The notes under the pieces: generated by a model | Database searches by the model: none | What the model saw: only the letters and a program-made list of their open reading frames with translations | What the model was told of the DNA's origin: nothing | Source: Promethearchaeota archaeon | GTDB taxonomy: Archaea; Asgardarchaeota; Lokiarchaeia; Sigyniarchaeales; SOKP01 | DNA: 45,373 nucleotides | Assembly (NCBI GenBank): GCA_016839705.1 | Contig: JAEOTR010000037.1 | Location: 1-45,373, forward strand | Direction of reading: 5' to 3' | Shown: in pieces, positions 38,580-45,373 of the stretch | Layout of the letters: each line of letters opens with the position of its first letter | How positions within the stretch are numbered: position 1 is the stretch's first letter | Translations under genes and position numbers: made by a program

Positions 38580-39311
38580 CTATTTCTCGAGTTGACGCGC
38601 TACACCAATATACATTAAATATCCTCCCACAATAGCACAAATAATGCCCGTCCCTACTGCTATTGTTCTAAAAATCGAATCATTTAAGAAATTCGAAATT
38701 GCTATTGTGTATAAAAAGATCATAAAAGCACAGAAACCATATATAAAATTTTTCCATTTCTTTTTTAATTGTACATCTTCAAATTTATGGTATGCTCGAT
38801 ATGAAAGATATAATACCGGACCGACAGCAAATATTGATTCAATACAGATTACATAAACAAAAAGAGATATTCCCCAAACTGGTGACCACTCATCAAGTGT
38901 TACACCCCAACCTGGTTGGATAAATCCTGGTAGGACAAAAAAAATCATACAAAACATAAGTATACCATAACCAATTAATATAAACAATTGTTTCTTCGTA
39001 TTGATATATTTTTCTGATTTGAGCAGCATTAATTCGAATACTACAAAAAAAATCGGGGAATAGTACATAAAAAAATTCGTTAAGAAGTTTAAAACCCGTA
39101 CAACATCTACATTAGGGATGGGGCCATAAATAAAGTTAATTATAAGCCCAATAACACCAAATAGATAAAATCCTGCGAATATAAAGTTTAGCCTTTTCCT
39201 GTCTCGCTTAAGAATACGATATACTAAATAAGCATCCCATAAACAAACAAGCATTTGAGCGCCGTAGATGGTTATAATACGTATTGGACTTTCCAATTGA
39301 AAAAAAACCAT
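38580..39311 (-). CDS. Stand-alone 7TM membrane protein, paralogue 1
   Basis: Seven hydrophobic segments; shares TIYGAQ, ILKRDRKRLN, LNFLTNFF, LLKSEK, KFED..LKK.WK.F with its neighbour. Confidence 0.8.
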   Translation of the reverse strand: MVFFQLESPIRIITIYGAQMLVCLWDAYLVYRILKRDRKRLNFIFAGFYLFGVIGLIINFIYGPIPNVDVVRVLNFLTNFFMYYSPIFFVVFELMLLKSEKYINTKKQLFILIGYGILMFCMIFFVLPGFIQPGWGVTLDEWSPVWGISLFVYVICIESIFAVGPVLYLSYRAYHKFEDVQLKKKWKNFIYGFCAFMIFLYTIAISNFLNDSIFRTIAVGTGIICAIVGGYLMYIGVARQLEK

Positions 39312-39340
39312 TTGAAATCACTCTAGAAAGCTTATTTTGT

Positions 39341-39374
39341 TTTATTTAAAAATTTTTGTTATTGTAATTATTTT
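39341..39374 (-). promoter_or_regulatory. Duplicated upstream element of 7TM paralogue 1
   Basis: TTTATTTAAAA..TTTTGTTATTGTAA.TATTT is near-identical to 40224-40257 and at a similar distance from the start codon. Confidence 0.45.
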
Positions 39375-39483
39375 TTGTAATTATTAATACTGCTCTTATT
39401 GGAGTGATTTAGGAATATATTTTTCAAAAGTGTTACTTAAAGGAATCACCTTGTTTAAAATAAAAAAAAAAAAGAATATCTAA

Positions 39484-40209
39484 TTACTCTATGCTTTTTC
39501 CTACACCATAATAAATTAAATAACCACCAATTAATGCTAGTATTAACCCGAGTGCCCCCATTCCGATTCTGAAAGTCGAATTATTTAGTGTATTAGATAT
39601 AAATATTCCATACATAAAAATAAAAAGAGCACATACACCGACAATAAAAAATTTCCATCTTTTTTTCAATGTTTCATCTTCGAATTTTTTGGAAATTTGC
39701 ATAGCAAAATACAAGGTTGGGATTATACCTCCGAGAGTAACCACCAGTAACACATAGATGAAAAATGGTACACTCCAAATAGGTGCCAAGCTAGCATTAA
39801 GAGTTACACCAAATCCTTCAACGAAAACAAGGAGGATCATGCAAAATAACGCTATTCCATAAATTAGTATTATTAGTAACTGTTTGGGGAATGTTATGAC
39901 TTTTTCAGATTTCAATAGTATTAGCTCAAAAATAACCAAAAATATTACAGCAAAATAGATAAAGAAATTTGTCAAAAAATTTAAAATCCGAACAATAGTA
40001 TCATCTACAATCGGAGCATAAATGAAATTAATGAATAATCCTGCTACTACAGACAAGTAAAACAGTGAAAAAATGATATTTAATCTTTTCCTATCCCGTT
40101 TAAGAATCTTATATGCTAAAAAGAGGAAAAATGCGAATAGTATGCCTTGAGCACCATAGATTGTGAAAGCTCGAGTTGCGTCTAATTGATATAAGACCAT
40201 ATATTTCAC
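39484..40209 (-). CDS. Stand-alone 7TM membrane protein, paralogue 2
   Basis: Seven TM segments, clearly homologous to paralogue 1, ending YYGVGKSIE. Confidence 0.8.
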   Translation of the reverse strand: MKYMVLYQLDATRAFTIYGAQGILFAFFLFLAYKILKRDRKRLNIIFSLFYLSVVAGLFINFIYAPIVDDTIVRILNFLTNFFIYFAVIFLVIFELILLKSEKVITFPKQLLIILIYGIALFCMILLVFVEGFGVTLNASLAPIWSVPFFIYVLLVVTLGGIIPTLYFAMQISKKFEDETLKKRWKFFIVGVCALFIFMYGIFISNTLNNSTFRIGMGALGLILALIGGYLIYYGVGKSIE

Positions 40210-40223
40210 TCATTTATTTATTT

Positions 40224-40257
40224 TTTATTTAAAATAGTTTTGTTATTGTAACTATTT
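40224..40257 (-). promoter_or_regulatory. Duplicated upstream element of 7TM paralogue 2
   Basis: Copy of the 39341-39374 element; contains TATA-like TTTAAATA on the minus strand. Confidence 0.45.
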
Positions 40258-40338
40258 GCATTTCTCTATTTATTATTATTGCTGTTTTATGATTGAATGA
40301 GGATGATAAATTCTAAGAGTTAATTATAATGAATTCAT

Positions 40339-41029
40339 TCATTCAAGTTGTCTTCCGACCCCATAATAAATGAGGAATAAAGATATTAACGTAGGGAGAG
40401 ACAATATTGACCAGACTAATCTAAAAATATCACTATTTAAAGTGTTTGAAAATGATGTACCATAATAAAGAAAGAAATAACCAAGCACTCCAATTAAAAA
40501 GTATTTCCATTTTTTTTAAAATGTAGATTTTCAAATTTAGAATAAATTTTTAACGAAAAATAACTTGTAGGGATAATCAATATAGTACTACAAACGATAA
40601 TTGAATATATAAAGAAACTCCCACTCCAATGTGGTTTCCAATTAGTACTTTGATTTATTTGAATCCCGTTTGGAATAAAAAGTAATCCTAAAAGAACAAT
40701 GGCGACGACAACTAACAACGCAATTTGGATTTTTGTATTAAACTTATCAACTGGTTTTAAAAGAATTAATGTAAAGATTAACAATAAGATCAAAGAATAA
40801 CAAACTAAGTAATAAGTTATAAAATGTAAAATGTAAACAATATTCTCTACAAAAATATTCGCATAGATGATATTAATTAAACCACCAATAGTGGTGGAAA
40901 TGAAAAAGCCACTTAAGTAGAGATTGGTTCTTTTCTTACCTCTTTTTAGGATATAACTGCCATATAAAAAAAGAAAATCGCAAAACCTCCTTGTATTACG
41001 TAAATCTGTAGGAATCTTGCTAAATCCAT
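40339..41029 (-). pseudogene. 7TM paralogue 3 with two frameshifts (pseudogene or sequencing error)
   Basis: Hand translation: MDLARFLQIYVIQGGFAIFFFYMAV / ILKRGKKRTN...LLKPVDK...KFENLHFKK / WKYFLIG...YYGVGRQLE. One base is missing near 40952-40970 and one in the A8 run near 40510-40517. Restored length is about 230 aa. Confidence 0.8.
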
Positions 41030-41230
41030 AATTACTGTATCCCCTTTTTAAAAAGAAATTTGATGTAGTTTTGTCTAATAAGGAATACTATTTATTTTGT
41101 TTTCTAATAATTTAAAGATATATGATTCAAATCTTATTGTTAACGATGAGAACGAACTATTTGACTTTTTATTCAGCAAATTAATTGTAAAAGATGTAAA
41201 AAACAATAATTAACATAAACCTTTTTTAGG

Positions 41231-41425
41231 TTATTTCTCGCGCCATTCTTGCCCACATTTTCCACATCTAAACTTCTTTCCATACACTCTGGGATAATCA
41301 CTAATAATATTTGTTTTATCTGTAGTCTCATGAATCATATACTTATTTTCTTCATCACAGCTTGGACATTTTCGCCGACCCTCAGTCTTCTCAATTGTGA
41401 GTATATCGTTCAATTCTTCACTCAT
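41231..41425 (-). CDS. Small Zn-ribbon protein
   Basis: 64 aa, CPSC...YGKKFRCGKCGQEW. Confidence 0.75.
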   Translation of the reverse strand: MSEELNDILTIEKTEGRRKCPSCDEENKYMIHETTDKTNIISDYPRVYGKKFRCGKCGQEWREK

Positions 41426-41556
41426 TTGATATTTATCAACTCCATATTTGCAAAACTCTCATTTTTCCAAATTATATCTTAAAATGTATTATATTATTTT
41501 TATAACTTTTCTCTTTTTTACTATGACAAGATTATAAATTAATGGTATAAAATTGA

Positions 41557-42168
41557 TCAAAATTGATTAATTTGTCCATTATATTCCTTGATAAGTGATT
41601 TTCCATAAAGTTGAGCTTCTTCAAATAATTCTGGACTAGAATATCTGAAACGAAAAATAAAATCGTTAAACATTTTCTTATAAATCTTTATGATATCCTT
41701 ATTTTTATTATAAATTTCATAACAATAAATAACGTTTAAATATCTTGAAATTTCCTCCAAATTAAACCGACTAATTCGTAGTTTGTTTAAAGGATTATTT
41801 TTGGAGTTTTGTTCAAGATCTAATCCAACGAGTATTGAAATCCCTTGAAAGTAGTAGATTTCATTAAATTCTTCAATAATATCTTTAGAATATTGATAAA
41901 TAGATTTGGGATTAAACAAATTTACAGCTAATATAATTACATCAAGTTTCTCTATCTCATCAAATTTATGTATTAATTCCTCAATATTCTCAACCAAAAA
42001 CACTTTAATTTTTATTGGAATATCCTCGACAACAACTAAGAAATCTGAATAGCTTTCAGATGAGATAGGTTTTATGGCAAATTGCTTTATGTCGTTTAAA
42101 AAAATATCTGTATTATAATCTACATTACCAACAATTCCTATTCGTAGGCTATAACTAATTTTTTTCAA
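41557..42168 (-). CDS. Degenerate small-GTPase-like (Ras/Rab fold) protein
   Basis: Order of strands and helices matches a G domain (LRIGIVG; IPIKIKVF; LDVIILAVNLFNPKSI; ILVGLD; YEI), but the G1, G3 and G4 catalytic residues are absent. Confidence 0.55.
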   Translation of the reverse strand: MKKISYSLRIGIVGNVDYNTDIFLNDIKQFAIKPISSESYSDFLVVVEDIPIKIKVFLVENIEELIHKFDEIEKLDVIILAVNLFNPKSIYQYSKDIIEEFNEIYYFQGISILVGLDLEQNSKNNPLNKLRISRFNLEEISRYLNVIYCYEIYNKNKDIIKIYKKMFNDFIFRFRYSSPELFEEAQLYGKSLIKEYNGQINQF

Positions 42169-42272
42169 CTAGATTCTTTCCGAAAACAATTATTATTGTT
42201 CTAAATTTATAATTACTAATAAATCATGTTAGTGAATAATTTCTATTAAAAAGATTTCTGACAACAATAAAT

Positions 42273-43211
42273 TTGGGTAATGAAATGCTTCTGGTTTATT
42301 TAGAATTGATTTTCATGATTATCATGTGGAGCTTTTCATTTGTTGTTGTAGATATTGCTGTTGAATTTATTTCTCCTTTATCATTTGCATTATATCGATT
42401 TGTTATTGCTTCATTTACATTTTTAATTATTGATCTCTATTTAAAGATAAGAAAAAATAAAGGAACTATTGATAATAACGAGAGCAAGAAATCTTTAAAA
42501 TTCCTCAAGAATGATTGGATTTTAATGATCCTTGCAAGTATTACTGGGATTTCTTTTTTCTTCCTTGCTCAATACACCGCAATACAAATAATAGGTCCTT
42601 CGCTCCCTGCCCTATTCGTATGTCTACTAGCTCCGGTTATTATTACAATTTTGGCATTAGTCTTTTTTAATGAAAAACTAACAGTTTTGAAGATTATTGG
42701 CTTTTTAATTGCTACTGTGGGGGGATTTCTTTTAATTACTGGCGGGGATTTGGCAAACCTCAGCCCTGAATCTCCAAGTTTTATTGGATATTTATTTGCA
42801 CTTATAACTCCTTTATTATGGGCAATATATTCAATAGCAACAAAAAAAATTATTCAAAAAAAATCAAACATTAAAACACTAAAATACATCGCTTACCTTG
42901 GAACTATAGAGCTTTTCGTTTTTGTGTTATTAAATAATGAATTATCAAATTTTATGATTAATCTCTTTAATGGTATTGTGCTTCTAAGTGCTTTATATAC
43001 TGGTATTGGATGCTACATTCTAGGTTATTATATTTGGCAAAATTCGCAGCTTAAGTTAAAATCCTCAAAAGCAGCATCATTCTTGTATATTGAACCTTTT
43101 ATAACACTTCTGTTTTCATTTTTACTTAAAAGAGGCGAAACGATTCTATTATGGAATATAATCGGAGGAATTATTGTACTAATTGCTGTACTTATAATAA
43201 ATTATAAATAA
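42273..43211 (+). CDS. DMT/EamA-family transporter
   Basis: Ten TM segments in two repeats, WSFSF, YRF, FFNEKLT, FLYIEP, GE. Confidence 0.9.
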   Translation: MGNEMLLVYLELIFMIIMWSFSFVVVDIAVEFISPLSFALYRFVIASFTFLIIDLYLKIRKNKGTIDNNESKKSLKFLKNDWILMILASITGISFFFLAQYTAIQIIGPSLPALFVCLLAPVIITILALVFFNEKLTVLKIIGFLIATVGGFLLITGGDLANLSPESPSFIGYLFALITPLLWAIYSIATKKIIQKKSNIKTLKYIAYLGTIELFVFVLLNNELSNFMINLFNGIVLLSALYTGIGCYILGYYIWQNSQLKLKSSKAASFLYIEPFITLLFSFLLKRGETILLWNIIGGIIVLIAVLIINYK

Positions 43212-43358
43212 AAAAAGTTTGCTTGAATTTATTCTAAATGAAGGATTTTCAAAAATTGAAGTTGGAAAAATAAGAAATTTTTTAGGGGTTAACAAAAAAA
43301 CATATAAAGATATGATTTATACTAGATTTAAATCAAAATTTCATTTTAGAATTAAAAA

Positions 43359-43862
43359 TTGAGGTGTTTGATTATCGCACGAAGAATATATGTAAAAGGT
43401 AAAAAAACTCACGCAAAGGGAGAGACATTTACTCAAGATAATGTTGGAGAAGAGAAAGAACGATTTTTAATTAGCCTTGATCTAATGAGTTTAAAAACTC
43501 GAAAGGACTACGATGCTTTAGGAAGAGTGGGGGAATTTTATTTTAAGATAGATGGACCTAAAACTTTTAAAGCACGATTTCCTAATAAAGGAGTCATTAA
43601 ACTCCAAAAAAATCAAACCTTTACAAGTAAAGCAGATTTATCACTATGGAGTCAATTTAAGACAGTCCGTAGGAATGAAGAAGTCGTTGAGCACATTAAA
43701 GTAATTATAAGAGAAATGGATCACTTGAAAAAAGATCAGACTGTAGCAGAGCAAGATATAGAAATAAAACTACCCCAACAAACTGAATACTTAATAGTCC
43801 AAGATGCAGATGAAGACATAAAAGCTAAAATTCGAGTTCAAGCAACCAGAACCAGATATTAA
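43359..43862 (+). CDS. Hypothetical beta-rich protein, C2-domain-like
   Basis: DYDALGRVGEFYFKI and IKVIIREMDHLKKDQTVAEQDIEI resemble C2 loop 1 and loop 3 patterns; start uncertain. Confidence 0.5.
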   Translation: MRCLIIARRIYVKGKKTHAKGETFTQDNVGEEKERFLISLDLMSLKTRKDYDALGRVGEFYFKIDGPKTFKARFPNKGVIKLQKNQTFTSKADLSLWSQFKTVRRNEEVVEHIKVIIREMDHLKKDQTVAEQDIEIKLPQQTEYLIVQDADEDIKAKIRVQATRTRY

Positions 43863-43924
43863 ATATTCTCTTTTTTTCTTTTATTTTAATTAATAAAAAT
43901 TATAAGAAAAAAAATCCAATTTCT

Positions 43925-44095
43925 CTAGTTTCTTTTCTCGAATTCGATGTAATCTTTATATAATTTTAACGTTCCTTCTTTTTCTAAAAACTTCCGTACT
44001 TCAGGGAGTTCAAAATAAAGACCTAATTCATAAAATTTCCAGAATATAAGAGTTACTTTAAAAGTGTATTCTTCTTCTGATGTTGAATATGTCAT
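43925..44095 (-). CDS. Possible 56-aa hypothetical protein (not in ORF track)
   Basis: Hand-translated MTYSTSEEEYTFKVTLIFWKFYELGLYFELPEVRKFLEKEGTLKLYKDYIEFEKRN; GGGA just upstream of the ATG. Confidence 0.35.
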   Translation of the reverse strand: MTYSTSEEEYTFKVTLIFWKFYELGLYFELPEVRKFLEKEGTLKLYKDYIEFEKRN

Positions 44096-44479
44096 ATCTA
44101 TCCCATATAAGTTTTAACTAATCCTAATCATGTCATCAATTTAAAAATATTGGTTTTTGAGAAATTAAAAACCTTAGATTATTTCTTCCATGAAGGTTAA
44201 GAAAATGGTATTGTAGGTTATAGAATAAGAGTTACTGATCATATTGAAAAATTCTTCCCTGTTTTATAATAAGAACGTTTAGTATTTAAATATATCCATG
44301 CAAAGTTAATGGAAAAAAGCACACTTCCCCGATGAATGTAAAGATTTAAATATTTAATAATTCTTGAATAATACTTAATAGATATCTGATATCTGTGATA
44401 AGATTCTTACGAATTTCAATTGGTTGTAGGATTATTTAATTGAAAATATATGCAAAATACAAAAATATAGGGTGTAGGC

Positions 44480-45373
44480 ATGTTAGACGAAAGATATGTT
44501 ATTAGGATTGATCAATTATTTAAGCAATGGGATAAACCAGACTCCCCCGGATGTGCTCTCGCTATTATAAAGGATGGAAAAATTATTTATAAAAAGGGTT
44601 ATGGTATGGCCGATCTAGAGCATAACGTTCCCATTACCCCTAACACTATATTTACACCCGGTTCAATTTCAAAACAATTTACAGCCATGTGTATACTCCT
44701 TCTCGCTGAGCAAGATAGAATATCCCTTGATGATGATATTAGAAAATATTTCCCGATATTTCCCGATTATGGGCAAACGATTACGATTCGCTATTTGATT
44801 CATCATACAAGTGGTATTCGGGATTATACGGGTTTAGTGGGTTTAAAAGGTATGAACACTCTAGAAATGACAAACCTTCCAATGCGTGAAGTCTTACGTC
44901 TCGTCTTTAAACAAAAAGAACTTAATTTTACTCCAGGAGAACAACAACTTTATAGTAATTCAAATTATGTGATGTTAGCAGCCATTATTGAAAATGTAAC
45001 TGGAAAAACTTTAAGAGAATTTGCAGGAGAACACATATTTAAACCTCTTGGTATGAAAAATACTAATTTTATTGACGATAATAAATATATTATTAAAAAC
45101 CGGGCTTTTGGTTACATACCTAATGGAAACAAAGGATACTTCAATGCGTTGGTTAGCCATAGGCACTGCGGACCTGGTGGGGTTTATTCAAATTTAGAGG
45201 ATCTTTTTTTATGGGATCAAAATTATCATAATAACAAATTAGGAAAAAAGGGGCAAGATCTAATCAAAATCATGCAGACTCCCGGTAAATTGAACAATGG
45301 AGAAAAATCAAATTATGCTTTTGGACTAAATGTTGGTAAATATAAAGGGCAAAAAAGAATTTATCATGCCGGA
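44480..45373 (+). CDS. Serine hydrolase, beta-lactamase/AmpC-like family (3'-truncated by the window; not in ORF track)
   Basis: ATG 44480: MLDERYVIRIDQLFKQWDKPDSPGCALAIIKDGKIIYKKGYGMADLE...GSISKQFTA (SxxK)...HHTSGIRD...YSNSNY (YxN)...HAG at the window end. Confidence 0.9.
   Translation, partial: MLDERYVIRIDQLFKQWDKPDSPGCALAIIKDGKIIYKKGYGMADLEHNVPITPNTIFTPGSISKQFTAMCILLLAEQDRISLDDDIRKYFPIFPDYGQTITIRYLIHHTSGIRDYTGLVGLKGMNTLEMTNLPMREVLRLVFKQKELNFTPGEQQLYSNSNYVMLAAIIENVTGKTLREFAGEHIFKPLGMKNTNFIDDNKYIIKNRAFGYIPNGNKGYFNALVSHRHCGPGGVYSNLEDLFLWDQNYHNNKLGKKGQDLIKIMQTPGKLNNGEKSNYAFGLNVGKYKGQKRIYHAG

Noticed and set aside
40494-40793. 99-aa ORF as an independent gene
   Set aside because: It is the middle fragment of the frameshifted 7TM paralogue at 40339-41029
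38580-41029. Rhodopsin (schizorhodopsin/heliorhodopsin) identity for the 7TM proteins
   Set aside because: No Schiff-base Lys in TM7 and no rhodopsin TM3 motif
8204-41482. Numerous short alternative-frame or antisense ORFs in the track (e.g. 8204, 11202, 12923, 15194, 17630, 19685, 24374, 26340, 28839, 31793, 35820, 37430, 38644, 41249)
   Set aside because: All are nested in or largely overlap well-supported genes and lack recognisable motifs
1-45373. tRNA, rRNA, CRISPR arrays, IS elements
   Set aside because: No GC-rich structured segments, spaced direct repeats or transposase motifs seen by eye; a covariance-model scan would be needed to exclude small RNAs

Overview
AT-rich, gene-dense archaeal chromosomal window, most likely from an Asgard archaeon (Lokiarchaeia/Promethearchaeota-like). 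This is inferred from an archaeal nurA-herA-mre11-rad50 operon together with several eukaryotic-signature-like proteins. From left to right: (1) a DNA-processing block (YhaM-like OB-HD nuclease, NurA, HerA, Mre11, Rad50, DEDDh exonuclease, UvrD/PcrA helicase, small Zn-ribbons); (2) a single-domain gelsolin-like protein, a degenerate Mrr-like protein and a large cytosolic protein whose N-terminal half resembles a mu-homology domain (AP-mu/delta-COP); (3) housekeeping genes (DUF1015, ICMT-like, PCMT-like, rhomboid, Nth, two tRNA-modification transferases) around an IFT52-like GIFT-domain/RHH fusion; (4) acyl-CoA and carbon metabolism genes; (5) a single-pass receptor-like protein with a cytoplasmic longin-like domain; (6) a co-oriented cluster of a P-loop-dead small-GTPase-like protein, a Zn-ribbon and three tandem stand-alone 7TM paralogues, one of them frameshifted and mostly missed by the ORF track; (7) an EamA transporter, a C2-like protein and a truncated serine beta-lactamase-family gene. 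I saw no rRNA, tRNA, CRISPR array or transposase. All family calls come from motif recognition by eye, not from database searches.
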